64,000 nt of DNA from Candidatus Binatia bacterium (GCA_951813575.1 OX638375.1:3498752-3562751), one strand, 5' to 3'. Counted from the first letter of the stretch, positions 1-9,323 are shown. The notes: generated by a model not told the origin, from the letters alone. Made by a program: numbers and translations.

Positions 1-732
1 ATCGGCGCCATGCTGTGGTCTTCGCTGGTGCCCTACCTCCAGGCGCCTTCCATGGAGGCCCTCGGAAACCTCACCCTGGAAAACTACGTCACCGCCTTCA
101 GCGACGACACCATTCTCCGCTCCGTGCTCAACAGCCTCACCATCAGCCTCACCTCGGCCACCGGGGCCATGTTCCTGGCCTTCGTGACGGTGTGGCTGGT
201 GGCCCGCACCAACATCCGCTGGCGTTGGGGCCTGGATCAGTTGGCCATGCTCCCGCTGGTATTCCCCGGCATCGTCATGGGCGTGGCCATTCTCAAGATG
301 TACTTGACCGTGCCGCTGCCCGTGTACGGCACCATCTGGATCATGGTCCTGGCGTTCGTCCCCCGGTATCTGCCCTACGCCATCCGCTTCAGCCACGCCG
401 GGCTCCTGGGCATCCACCGCGAGTTGGAGGAGAGCGCCACCACCAGCGGCGCCACCTGGGGCCAGGTGGCGTGGAAGATCGTGGTGCCGCTGATGCTGCC
501 CGCGCTCTTCGCCGGCTGGATCTACATCTTTCTCATCACCATCCGGGAGCTGTCCGTGGCCCTGCTCCTCTACAGCCCCGGCTCGCAGGTCATCGCCGTG
601 ATCATCTGGGAGCTCTGGGAGAACGGCAACGTCAGCACCCTGGCCGCCTTCAGCCTCGGCGTCACCGCCGGCACCGTGGTCCTGGCCGTCCTGTTCCACC
701 GCCTGACACGGCGATACAGCCTGCAGGTGTGA
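1..732 (+). CDS. ABC transporter permease, C-terminal part (binding-protein-dependent inner-membrane component); 5' end lies outside the window
   Basis: The ORF 10..732 translation is hydrophobic and multi-TM and looks like PotC/ModB-type permeases. The open frame starts at the window edge. Confidence 0.65.
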   Translation: MGAMLWSSLVPYLQAPSMEALGNLTLENYVTAFSDDTILRSVLNSLTISLTSATGAMFLAFVTVWLVARTNIRWRWGLDQLAMLPLVFPGIVMGVAILKMYLTVPLPVYGTIWIMVLAFVPRYLPYAIRFSHAGLLGIHRELEESATTSGATWGQVAWKIVVPLMLPALFAGWIYIFLITIRELSVALLLYSPGSQVIAVIIWELWENGNVSTLAAFSLGVTAGTVVLAVLFHRLTRRYSLQV

Positions 733-853
733 CAGAATTTCCAACCCGTCATCGCGGGCTTTACCCGGGATGACGGGCTGTCGGCCGGGGTCTCCTCTTC
801 ATCACCCCGGGCTCGACCCGGGGTCCAGAGGGGCGCGCGGAGGAGGACGCGGG

Positions 854-3292
854 CTACTCCAGCGCTCCGTCCTCGCGGAGCTGCCGGATACGTGCGTCAT
901 CGTATCCCAGCACGTCCCGCAGTGTCCGGTCGGTGTCCCGGCCGAGGTCGGGGAAGACCCAGTCCTGGGCCATGTCGCTCCGGGTGAAGCGGATGGAAAG
1001 GCAGGGTAGGGTGAGGCGCCCGAAGCGGGGGTTGTCATGGGTCCCGAGAAAGTCGCGGGCCTGCAGGTGCGGATCGTTCTTCACCAGGTCGGCGCCGTTC
1101 TGCACCGCCCCGCAAGGAATCCCTTCCGCCTGCAGCAGCCGCATGACCTCGTGGCAGTCGCGTGTGCGGGTCCAGTCCTCGATGACGGCGTCCAGCTCGG
1201 CGCGGTTGCGGATCCGGTCCTGGACGCTCCGGAAACGCGGGTCGCCGGGCAGCTCCGGCCGTCCGATGGCCGCGGCCAGCCTGCCCCACTGCGCATCGTC
1301 CTCGGTGGCGACGACGCACCAGCGGTCGTCGCCCTCGCAGGGGTAGATCCCGTAGGGGGCATGGTAAGGGGACCGGTTACCGACCGCAACCGGCTCGGTG
1401 TCGGTGTTGGCGGCCTGGATCATGGCGGTGCCGATGAGGAATGCGGCCGCCTCCGCCTGGGCCAGATCCATGGCCATCCCCCGGCCGGTGCGCCGGCGGT
1501 AGAGCGTCACCGCCACGGACAGGATCGCCGCCACGACCCCCGACACGTAGTCCGGCAGCACGGTGCCGGACCCCACGGGAGGATTCACCTCCGCGGATTC
1601 GTTCCACAGCCAGGTGAACCCGGTGAATCCCGTGATGATGGTCCCCAGGGTCAGAGAGTCCTTCTTGGGCCCGGTGGCGCCGAGCCCCGGCATCCGCAAG
1701 GTGACGATGTCGGGCTTGAGCTCCACCAGGTGATCGTAGTCGAGCTCCAGACCCGGCATGACCCGCGCCGCGAAGTTGTCCAGTACGAGGTCGCAGTGTT
1801 GGGCCAACTCCCGGATCAGGCCGGGTCCTTCGGGATGCTTGAGGTTCACGGTGATCGAGCGCTTGTTGCGGTTGAACTCCAGGAAACGCGCCGACGCGTT
1901 GGGATCGTCTCCGGTGCCGAAGAAACGGAAGGGATCGAGCCCGCCCTTGGCGGATTCCACCTTGAGCACCTCCGCGCCCAGGTCCGCCAGCAGCATCATG
2001 CCGAAGGGGCCCGCCAGCACGTGGTCGAAGCTCAGCACGCGCATGTCCTGTAGCGGCAGGCCCTGGCCTTCCGCGCCCGCCTCTCCGGGAGCGGCGGCCG
2101 AGGAAGGCTCCCCGTCGCTCGCTGCCTGATCACGACTTCTCGCCGACGACCAGACCTCCGAGCCATCTTGTCCAACCGGTCGCGGAGACAAGACCTCGGG
2201 CCGCGACCCGCTGAACAGGCAGGGAAGGGCCGGCTGGGTCAGCGAGGTGCCGTCCGGGTAGGCCACCTCCTGAACGAAGTGCCGTCCTTCCACGTGCGGG
2301 TCCCGCAGGAAGCCCAGCGGCGGGTTCACGGGCAGGCACGGGATGCGGTTGGACTGGAGACGGTGGGTCAACTCGTCCACCGACTGCTGCCGGGTGAACT
2401 CGCTCACCGCCGGATTGATGACGTCGGCGTGGGATCGCCGGAAGAGGTTGTTGAGGTATTCGGGCGCGTCGAGCTCCTCGGGATGGCCGGGCCAGATGTC
2501 GAGGAATCTCTGCCAGTGCTGCCGGCTGACATACATGTAGACGTAGCCGTCCCGGCACGGAAAGATCCTGGCCGGCGCCACGTGCTGGTGCTGGCTCCCG
2601 GCGCGGGTGTGGATTTCCTGCTCGTTGGCGTAGAGCCGGACCATGTGCTCCTGGGTGGCCAACGCCTCCTGCATGGACACGTCGATCCAGTCGCCGGCGC
2701 CGGTGCGTTCGCGTCGATGGAGCGCCGCCACGATGCCCAGAGCTGCCACGAGGCTGCCGAAGTAGTAGGCCTGGGTCTCGGGCGGCACGCACGGGGGCTT
2801 TTCCGGATCGCCGGAGATGGACATCAGACCGCACATGGCGAACACCACGAGGTCGTTGTAGGCGAAGCCGCTGTGGGGGCCCCACTGGCCGAAGCCGGTG
2901 ATGGACGCCATGATCAGCGCGGGATTGATCTCCCTGAGCCGGTCGTAGTCAAGCTCGAGTTCCGCCAGCCATCCCGGGGCGCCGCTTTCGATGAGGATGT
3001 CGGCCTCGGCCGTCAACCCCCGCACCCGGTCGCGCCCCTCGGCGGTTTGCAGATCCAGCTCCAGGGTGCGCTTGTTGGCGTTGAGGTGCGCGAACGGAAG
3101 GCTGGTCTCGCCCACGAAAGGGGGCAGCCGCCGCACCGGGTCGCCGCCGGGCGCCTCGATCTTGAGCACCTCCACCCCGAGGTCGGCGAGGAAGCGCCCG
3201 CACAACTGACCCTTTCGGTCCGTGAGGTCCAGCGCCCGGTAGCCCTCCAGCAGCCGAGGGGCGCCGCCCTTTCCTGGCTTGTCCTTGGCCAT
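854..3292 (-). CDS. Fused tandem family III CoA-transferase (two CaiB/BaiF-like domains in one 812-aa polypeptide)
   Basis: 812-aa ORF. Both halves show CaiB/BaiF-family hallmarks (G-x-R-x-LADLGAEV-KVE, NxNKRS, DxxxxNF). The second domain begins near aa 400 (MRVLSFDHVLAGPFG..LLADLGAEVLKVE). Confidence 0.8.
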   Translation of the reverse strand: MAKDKPGKGGAPRLLEGYRALDLTDRKGQLCGRFLADLGVEVLKIEAPGGDPVRRLPPFVGETSLPFAHLNANKRTLELDLQTAEGRDRVRGLTAEADILIESGAPGWLAELELDYDRLREINPALIMASITGFGQWGPHSGFAYNDLVVFAMCGLMSISGDPEKPPCVPPETQAYYFGSLVAALGIVAALHRRERTGAGDWIDVSMQEALATQEHMVRLYANEQEIHTRAGSQHQHVAPARIFPCRDGYVYMYVSRQHWQRFLDIWPGHPEELDAPEYLNNLFRRSHADVINPAVSEFTRQQSVDELTHRLQSNRIPCLPVNPPLGFLRDPHVEGRHFVQEVAYPDGTSLTQPALPCLFSGSRPEVLSPRPVGQDGSEVWSSARSRDQAASDGEPSSAAAPGEAGAEGQGLPLQDMRVLSFDHVLAGPFGMMLLADLGAEVLKVESAKGGLDPFRFFGTGDDPNASARFLEFNRNKRSITVNLKHPEGPGLIRELAQHCDLVLDNFAARVMPGLELDYDHLVELKPDIVTLRMPGLGATGPKKDSLTLGTIITGFTGFTWLWNESAEVNPPVGSGTVLPDYVSGVVAAILSVAVTLYRRRTGRGMAMDLAQAEAAAFLIGTAMIQAANTDTEPVAVGNRSPYHAPYGIYPCEGDDRWCVVATEDDAQWGRLAAAIGRPELPGDPRFRSVQDRIRNRAELDAVIEDWTRTRDCHEVMRLLQAEGIPCGAVQNGADLVKNDPHLQARDFLGTHDNPRFGRLTLPCLSIRFTRSDMAQDWVFPDLGRDTDRTLRDVLGYDDARIRQLREDGALE

Positions 3293-3307
3293 GTCCTGTT
3301 CCCGCCG

Positions 3308-4126
3308 CTACGACTTCTTCGCGTCCGGTTTCTCGTAGGCCACGCTGCCGCCGCCCTTCTGGGACTGCAGGTAACCCTCCACGTCGTTCAGCGGGTTCGT
3401 GTACACCCGCATGCGGTGGGAGATGATCTCGTCCACCAGGAGCCCGCGGCTGTTGTCCAGGTCCATGGCCGTGTAGGCGGCGATCTTGGCGTGTTCCAGG
3501 GTCGCCGGGTGGCGCGTGGCGACGGTGGCGGCGAACTCCCGCACGAACGGGATCAACTCCTGCTCCGGCACCGTCTTGGACACCAGTCCCAGGCGCTCGG
3601 CCTCGGCGCCGTCCAGGTTCTCGCCGGTGAGCTGGATGTAGAAGGCCTTCTTGAAAGGGATGCCGCTGCGGAAGAGCGTCGGGGTAGCGGTGGCGCCGTA
3701 GCTCCCGCGGATGATCTCCGGCATGCCGAACTGCGCCGTGTCCGCGGAGATGGCCAGGTCATGACCGTTCACCAGCACCAGCCCGCCGCCCAGCGCCCAG
3801 CCGTTGACCGCGGCCACGGTGACCTGCGGCGCCTGGCGCAGCAGCGTGACGATCTCCCGCGCCGAGCCGTCTTCATAGAGCCGGCGCTTGCCCTGCCACG
3901 ACGCGCGCAGGTCGTACAGGTCCAGCCCCGAGCTATACGCGTTGCCCGCTCCCGTAGTGACGATGCAGCGGATGTTGTCGTTGACCGACAGGGTCTTGAG
4001 GCTGTCCGCCAGCTCCGCCAGCAGCTTGCGGCTCAAGGCGTTCTTCCTCTCGGGCCGGTTGAGGGTGATCCAGGCGACGCCTGTTTCCTCGTCTATTTCC
4101 TCGATGATGCATTCCCTTTCAGCCAC
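3308..4126 (-). CDS. Enoyl-CoA hydratase/isomerase (crotonase family)
   Basis: 272 aa. ITLNRPERKNAL, GxGxxFxxGxDL and the oxyanion-hole-like regions match the crotonase fold. It is co-oriented with the CoA-transferase just downstream. Confidence 0.8.
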   Translation of the reverse strand: MAERECIIEEIDEETGVAWITLNRPERKNALSRKLLAELADSLKTLSVNDNIRCIVTTGAGNAYSSGLDLYDLRASWQGKRRLYEDGSAREIVTLLRQAPQVTVAAVNGWALGGGLVLVNGHDLAISADTAQFGMPEIIRGSYGATATPTLFRSGIPFKKAFYIQLTGENLDGAEAERLGLVSKTVPEQELIPFVREFAATVATRHPATLEHAKIAAYTAMDLDNSRGLLVDEIISHRMRVYTNPLNDVEGYLQSQKGGGSVAYEKPDAKKS

Positions 4127-4144
4127 GGGTTTCCTCCAATCTGT

Positions 4145-5170
4145 TCAACGGGCGCCGAACCGTTCGCGCCAGGAATCCACACACGCCGGGTTCACCACGG
4201 TCTCGGGCACTTGGCCGGCCAGCACCGTGAGTAAGCTCTGGGCGGCCATGCGCTCACCTGATACCTGCGACTGCGGGTTCGTGCCGATGATGTGCGGGGT
4301 CATGATCAGCCGCTCGGGGTCCACCTGCCGGATGGGATCCGACATGGGCAGCGGTTCCTCTTCGAACACGTCCACGGCGGCGCCGGCGATGACTCCATCG
4401 TTCAACGCCCGCGCCAGGTCATCCTGCTTGACGACGCCCCCGCGGCAGGTGTTCACCAGGTAGGCGGTGGGCTTCATCTTCTTGATTTCGGCCAGGGTGA
4501 TGAGCCGGCGCGTCTCCTCGGTGAGCGGCGTGTGCAGGGTGACGAGGTCGGATTCCCGGAGCACGGTGTCCAGCGACACCAGCTCCACACCCAGGTGCTG
4601 CACCGACTCCTGGGTGATGTAGGGATCGCAGGCGATGAGCCGCATCTCCCACGGACCCAGGCGCTTGGCGACCTCCTTGCCTACCCGTCCGAGGCCGACG
4701 ATGCCGACGGTGCGGCCGACCATCAGGTTGCCCCGGTGCTCGTTGCGCTTCCAGCCGCCCTCGCGCAGGAGCTGCTGGTTGTGCACCAATCGCTTGAACA
4801 GCATGGACATGAGCCCGACGGTGGCCTCGGCCACGCCGGTGAAGTTCTCCCGCGCCGGGCTGTTGCACACCAGGATGCCCAGCTCGGTAGCCGCCTCCAC
4901 GTCGATGGTCTCGTAGCCGATGGCGGCCTTGATCACCCCTCGCAGCTTCGGGCAGCGGGCCAGCACCCCGCCGCTGATGAAGTCCCGTTGGGCCGCCCAG
5001 ACGGCGTCGCTGTCGCCTATCAGAGCCACCAACTCGTCTTCCGTATAGCGGTGCTTGGGATGCTCGTCCTGGTCCTTCCCCAGCACGAGCTCGCAGCCCG
5101 CCTCCTCCAGCACGTCCCGCCCCACCGAAAGCTTGTGCGGGGCCGGGATACAGACCTTGTTGCCTTGCAT
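4145..5170 (-). CDS. D-isomer-specific 2-hydroxyacid dehydrogenase (NAD-binding)
   Basis: 341 aa with the GxGxxGxxxA Rossmann motif (GIVGLGRVGKEVAKRL) and the catalytic R/E/H arrangement typical of the D-2-HADH family. Confidence 0.85.
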   Translation of the reverse strand: MQGNKVCIPAPHKLSVGRDVLEEAGCELVLGKDQDEHPKHRYTEDELVALIGDSDAVWAAQRDFISGGVLARCPKLRGVIKAAIGYETIDVEAATELGILVCNSPARENFTGVAEATVGLMSMLFKRLVHNQQLLREGGWKRNEHRGNLMVGRTVGIVGLGRVGKEVAKRLGPWEMRLIACDPYITQESVQHLGVELVSLDTVLRESDLVTLHTPLTEETRRLITLAEIKKMKPTAYLVNTCRGGVVKQDDLARALNDGVIAGAAVDVFEEEPLPMSDPIRQVDPERLIMTPHIIGTNPQSQVSGERMAAQSLLTVLAGQVPETVVNPACVDSWRERFGAR

Positions 5171-5212
5171 GGTGACTCCGAGGGTTGAGGCCGGCTCCGC
5201 ACCCCGACCGGT

Positions 5213-5352
5213 CTAATGGCGATAGAGGCGCCGCGCGTTCTCGCTCATGATCCGGCCCATGGCGCGGAAGGGCTCTCCCAGGTAGTCTTCCCAGCGAATA
5301 TACTTCACTTGCGCGTGTCCGTCGGCATCGATTACGGTTGGTGTGCTCAATG
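5213..5352 (-). pseudogene. Amidohydrolase-2 family remnant: about 46 codons, N-terminal motif fused to C-terminal tail (internal deletion scar)
   Basis: The minus-strand frame reads (TTG)STPTVIDADGHAQVKYIRWEDYLGEPFRAMGRIMSENARRLYRH*. VIDADGH is the N-terminal metal-binding start of amidohydrolase-2 proteins (compare MVIDADGH of the gene at 29547). ENARRLY is their typical C-terminus. A GGAG sits upstream. Confidence 0.4.
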
Positions 5353-5423
5353 AGGGCTCCGGACCTCGTGTGATGTTTCTGAAGTACGTTTATGAGACCC
5401 GACGCCAGGGTGTCAAGCTGGCC

Positions 5424-5571
5424 AGCGCCCTTCGACTTCGCTTCGCTACGCCTGTCCTGAGCTCGTCGAAGGGCTCAGGGCGAACGGTTGAACTCTCGGA
5501 GTCCGGGTTCCGGGCGCCAGATCGAAACCCCGTTCGCCCTGAGCGTAGCGAAGCGAAGTCGAAGGGCGCCC
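5424..5571. repeat. Nested palindromic intergenic element: 28-bp perfect terminal inverted repeats with inner inverted repeats (MITE-like or structured RNA)
   Basis: The outer arms ggcgcccttcgacttcgcttcgctacgc / gcgtagcgaagcgaagtcgaagggcgcc are perfect reverse complements. The inner pair is gctcagggcgaacgg / ccgttcgccctgagc. There is also a small hairpin cctgagc-N9-gctcagg. Confidence 0.6.
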
Positions 5572-5652
5572 TCTTGCTCGGCGGCAACGGAACGGAATTT
5601 CCCCGGCCTGGGAGGCACCGCCAACCGCCGTTGTGGAAGGACGTGGATTCAA

Positions 5653-6810
5653 ATGAGGATCACCGACATCAAGACTCTGCGCCTGCGCGCTCCGATGGGC
5701 GCTCAGGGCCAGGTGGAAAGCCGGACCGGTGTACGCACCCACCGCTACGCGTTTCTGGTGGAGGTCCACACCGATGAGGGCGTCACGGGTGTGGGTTCGT
5801 GCTCGGGCAACGGACTGGTGCTGGAAGCCATCGTCGCCCACGTGCTCAAGCCGCTGCTTGTCGGCATGGACCCCCTTGCCATCGAGGAGGTCTGGGACAC
5901 GGCGTATTTCCGTGCCGGCGTCCGTGCGTTCGGCTCCCGGGGGGTCGGTGTGGTGGCGCTCAGCGGTGTGGATATCGCCCTGTGGGACATCGCCGGCAAG
6001 ACGAAGGGCGTACCGGTGTACGAGTTGCTGGGCGGCAAACGCCGCGATCCGGTGGAGGTCTACGCCACCGCGCTCTATCCGGAGGCAACCGCGGCCGCGG
6101 TGGCGAAGGCCGAGAAGCTCGCGGAACGGGGCTTCCACGGCATCAAGATCAAGGTGGGCTTCGACCTGGCCCAGGATATCGAGATCGTGGGCGCGGTGCG
6201 CTCGGCGCTGGGACCCGACTTTCCGCTCATGACCGATGCAAATATGGGATACAGCCTGGATGCGGCCCTGGCCGCCGCGACGGCGTTCGAGAAGCTCGGG
6301 ATCGGCTGGCTGGAGGAGCCCTTGTTCATGGAGGACGTGGCCGGCCACGCCCAATTGAAGGCCCGCACCGGCGTGCCCGTGGCCCTGGGCGAGAACCTTC
6401 ACACCCGTTTTGCCTTCGAATCGTTCATGGCGCGCGACGCCGTCGACGTGCTGCAGCCCGACGTGGCCCGGGCCGGCGGCATCAGCGAGGTGCGCACCAT
6501 CGCCGGGTTGGCCGCCGAACGCGGTCTGCCGATATCGCTCCACACCTACGGCGACGGCATCGCCCTGGCCGCCAGCCTGCACTTGGCAGCGGCCCTCGAC
6601 AACAGCTCGGTGATGGAATTCGACTACAACGAGAACCCGCTCCGCAGCGACCTGCTCCAGGAGCCTCTGGAACCGAAGAACGGCTTCATGCGCCCCTCCG
6701 ACGGCCCCGGCCTCGGCGTCACCCTCGACCCCGAAGCTCTCCGCCGCTTCCACTTCGACGGCGGCGGCGACCTCGCACTATGGCGTCCGACAATACAGGA
6801 CGCCGGCTGA
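5653..6810 (+). CDS. Mandelate racemase / muconate lactonizing enzyme family protein (enolase superfamily)
   Basis: MRITDIKT..., a KxK motif (GIKIKVG) and metal ligands D..E..D (MTDANMGY, WLEEP, ENL). The start was chosen at the internal ATG 5653 of ORF 5488..6810. Confidence 0.85.
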   Translation: MRITDIKTLRLRAPMGAQGQVESRTGVRTHRYAFLVEVHTDEGVTGVGSCSGNGLVLEAIVAHVLKPLLVGMDPLAIEEVWDTAYFRAGVRAFGSRGVGVVALSGVDIALWDIAGKTKGVPVYELLGGKRRDPVEVYATALYPEATAAAVAKAEKLAERGFHGIKIKVGFDLAQDIEIVGAVRSALGPDFPLMTDANMGYSLDAALAAATAFEKLGIGWLEEPLFMEDVAGHAQLKARTGVPVALGENLHTRFAFESFMARDAVDVLQPDVARAGGISEVRTIAGLAAERGLPISLHTYGDGIALAASLHLAAALDNSSVMEFDYNENPLRSDLLQEPLEPKNGFMRPSDGPGLGVTLDPEALRRFHFDGGGDLALWRPTIQDAG

Positions 6811-6884
6811 TGCGGGGGCCTCTCGTCATGAAACTGGCAACGCACCACGAGTCCGGCGCCCTGACATGGAAACAATCCGCGGAT

Positions 6885-6930
6885 GCCCGAATTCGTCATT
6901 CCGGCGGAAGCCGGAATCCAGGCGGGCGGG
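6885..6930. repeat. REP-like hairpin repeat (gtcattccggcggaagccggaatccaggcggg)
   Basis: Stem ccggc-gga-gccgg flanked by tcattcc / ggaatcc. It is homologous to the units at 50263-50408, which have cccgc-gaaa-gcggg at the same place (compensatory change). Its translation gives the spurious IPAEAGIQ peptide at the N-terminus of ORF 6883. Confidence 0.5.
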
Positions 6931-6966
6931 GAGACGCCTCCAGGAGGACCCTTCGTGCATGACGCC

Positions 6967-7458
6967 ATGTACTGGATAGAGCGCCTCGGATTACAACCGC
7001 ATCCCGAAGGCGGTCACTTCAAGGAAGTCTATCGATCCCGCGCCACCGTGCCGGGCGAGGTGTTGCCCGGCTACGGCGGCTCCCGCAACCTCGGCACGTC
7101 CATCTACTTTCTCCTGCAGCACAACGAGGTTTCCGCGCTGCACCGCATCAAGCAGGACGAGCTGTGGCACTTCCACGCGGGTTCGGCCCTCACCGTGCAC
7201 GTCATCGACGCCGCCGGCCGTTACACGCCCATCAGCATGGGCCCCGATCCGGACAAGGGCCAGTGCCTCCAGGCAGTGGTCCCCGGCGGCTCACTCTTCG
7301 GCGCCTCGGTAGACGGTGGCGCCGGCTACGCCCTCGTGGCTTGCACCTGCATCCCTGGCTTCGACTTCGCCGATTTCGAGCTGCCCACACGGGAAGAACT
7401 GATCATGCGCTACCCTCAACACAGAAAACTCATCGAGGAGCTGACACCCTCGCGGTAG
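6967..7458 (+). CDS. DUF985 cupin-family protein
   Basis: MYWIERLGLQPHPEGGHFKEVYRS... matches DUF985/cupin_5 proteins. The start was moved to the internal ATG because the upstream part of the ORF is a translated REP element. Confidence 0.7.
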   Translation: MYWIERLGLQPHPEGGHFKEVYRSRATVPGEVLPGYGGSRNLGTSIYFLLQHNEVSALHRIKQDELWHFHAGSALTVHVIDAAGRYTPISMGPDPDKGQCLQAVVPGGSLFGASVDGGAGYALVACTCIPGFDFADFELPTREELIMRYPQHRKLIEELTPSR

Positions 7459-7600
7459 GTCGGATTGGCCGAAGGCGTAACCCGACACCGGCCCGTGCCG
7501 CACGACGCGCCGCCAAACCGACCGGCGCGGAGCTTCGTAATTTCTTGCCAAAGCGTTAAACTTGGGGGAGTTACGAGATGGAAGACAGGGAGATGGAACC

Positions 7601-8464
7601 ATGACGACAACGCGCCAAGTACGCATCGGTTGTGTCCAGACGCCGGCGCTGCCGACCTTCGGCGAGGCCATCGAGGCTGCCTGTCGCTTGGCCGGCGACG
7701 CGGTGGTGGCGGGCGCCGAGTTGGTGTGCCTGCCCGAGTATTGCGGTGGCCTCAAGAGCGAGAACGGTGTGCTCAATCCCCCGGGCGCGCCGGAGGCGAG
7801 CCACCCCGTGATCGAGGCCCTGTGCGGCTTCGCCCGCGATGCCGGAGTATGGGTGTTGATCGGTTCCGTGGCGGTAGACGGGCACGAAGGCCGGCTCATC
7901 AACCGCGGTTTCCTGGTGGACGACAAGGGCGAGATCCGCGCCCGCTACGACAAGATCCACCTGTTCGACGTGGACCTCTCCGAAACCGAGCGCTACCGCG
8001 AGTCCGCGGTGATCTACCCTGGCGCCCAAGCCGTGGTGGCGGACACCCCCTGGGGCCGCCTGGGCATGACTACCTGCTACGACCTGCGCTTTCCCCACCT
8101 CTACCGTTCGCTGGCTCACGCCGGCGCCGAGATCCTGGCCGTGCCGGCAGCCTTCATGAAGGTCACCGGCCAGGCCCACTGGCACGTGCTGAACCGCGCC
8201 CGGGCCATCGAGAACGGCGCCGTGGTGGTGGCCCCCTGCGCCGTGGGCCCGGTACCCGGCGGCGGCGCCGTCTACGGCCACTCCCTCATCGTCTCGCCCT
8301 GGGGCGAGATTTTGGCCGAGGGCGGCGACGGCGTCAGCACCATCGTCGCCACCGTGGACATGGAGAGCGTTGCCAGCGTCCGCAAGCGCGTGCCGAGCCT
8401 GCGGCACGACCGGCCGTTCAGCCAGCCGGCCGAAACAGAGGCGGGCCGCCGGTCGGTGGCCTGA
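7601..8464 (+). CDS. Carbon-nitrogen hydrolase (nitrilase superfamily)
   Basis: Catalytic E-K-C triad context (LVCLPEY, RYDKIHLFD, TTCYDLRFP). GGAGA lies upstream of ATG 7601. Confidence 0.8.
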   Translation: MTTTRQVRIGCVQTPALPTFGEAIEAACRLAGDAVVAGAELVCLPEYCGGLKSENGVLNPPGAPEASHPVIEALCGFARDAGVWVLIGSVAVDGHEGRLINRGFLVDDKGEIRARYDKIHLFDVDLSETERYRESAVIYPGAQAVVADTPWGRLGMTTCYDLRFPHLYRSLAHAGAEILAVPAAFMKVTGQAHWHVLNRARAIENGAVVVAPCAVGPVPGGGAVYGHSLIVSPWGEILAEGGDGVSTIVATVDMESVASVRKRVPSLRHDRPFSQPAETEAGRRSVA

Positions 8465-8545
8465 ATCGCTCGGCGAACCGACGCTGATGTTGGGAGTGAG
8501 GGTGGAGATGGTTGAGGCGCCCACACCAGGTGCGAGGCTCTTCTT

Positions 8546-9034
8546 GTGAAAGAATTGATCATCGTACGGCACGCCAAGTCGAGCTGGAAGGACTCCGGCC
8601 TCGATGATCGTGAAAGGCCTCTCAACAAGAGGGGTGAACGGGATGCGCCCGAGATGGGCGCCCGGCTGGCTCGGCGCAAGGACAGGCCGGATCTGATCAT
8701 GTCGAGTCCGGCCGTACGGGCTCTGACGACGGCGCGGATCATCGCCGAGAGGCTCGGCTACCCGTGCAACGACATCGTGGTCAGAGACCGGCTATACGGT
8801 GCCGGTGTCGTCGAACTGCTCGATGTAATCCGCAATGCGGACGAGTCCGTGGGGACGCTGATGTTGTTCGGCCACAACCCGGGGCTGACCGAGCTCGCCA
8901 ATCACCTGGGGCCGCGGCCGATTCCGAACCTACCCACCTGCGGTGTGCTGCATCTCAAGTTCGAGGCCGACGTTTGGCCCGTGGTGGGATATGCTTGCGG
9001 CGACGAGGTGCTGTTCGACTTCCCCAAGAGTTAG
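8546..9034 (+). CDS. Histidine phosphatase family protein (SixA-like phosphohistidine phosphatase)
   Basis: RHAKS..., the RPL..KG motif and LFGHNPG (RHG and H motifs of the histidine phosphatase superfamily). 162 aa. Confidence 0.7.
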   Translation: MKELIIVRHAKSSWKDSGLDDRERPLNKRGERDAPEMGARLARRKDRPDLIMSSPAVRALTTARIIAERLGYPCNDIVVRDRLYGAGVVELLDVIRNADESVGTLMLFGHNPGLTELANHLGPRPIPNLPTCGVLHLKFEADVWPVVGYACGDEVLFDFPKS

Positions 9035-9041
9035 TGCCGCG

Positions 9042-9323
9042 TCACTCCACGCTTCTCAACTTCCCCGTCACGAATTTGTGGAGCGTGCTGGAGATCAGGG
9101 TTTGATAGGGCATCCCTTCCTTGGTTGCCTTCTTTTTTAGGGCTTCCAGATCGTGGGACGAGATCCGGATGTTGATGCGCTTGTCCTTCTGAAGGAAATC
9201 GTGTGCGGCTACTTCCAGTTTGCGTTTGGCTTCCTTGAAGTGGGTGATGCTTGTAAGTTCCCCACGTTCAAAGTCCTGGAGGAGTTGCAATTCCTCTTCG
9301 TCCAGTTTGAGAGGTTTTTTCAT
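9042..9323 (-). CDS. brnA: BrnA-family antitoxin (CopG-like)
   Basis: 93 aa with an acidic N-terminal part, then INIRISSHDLEALKKKATKEGMPYQTLISSTLHKF, typical of BrnA. It overlaps upstream brnT by 4 nt and sits in a local low-GC patch (about 50%). Confidence 0.7.
   Translation of the reverse strand: MKKPLKLDEEELQLLQDFERGELTSITHFKEAKRKLEVAAHDFLQKDKRINIRISSHDLEALKKKATKEGMPYQTLISSTLHKFVTGKLRSVE

Noticed and set aside
2168-4234. 688-aa plus-strand ORF antisense to the CoA-transferase and enoyl-CoA hydratase genes.
   Set aside because: It is antisense to two motif-bearing genes and its low-complexity R/G/A/V-rich translation is typical of a GC-rich shadow ORF.
5343-5777. 144-aa ORF over the intergenic palindromic element.
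   Set aside because: It covers the perfect inverted repeats. Its translation has no protein character and overlaps the enolase-family gene start.
6883-6966. N-terminal extension MPEFVIPAEAGIQAGGETPPGGPFVHDA of the cupin ORF.
   Set aside because: It is the translation of the REP-like hairpin (gtcattccggcggaagccggaatccagg). The true start is the internal ATG at 6967.
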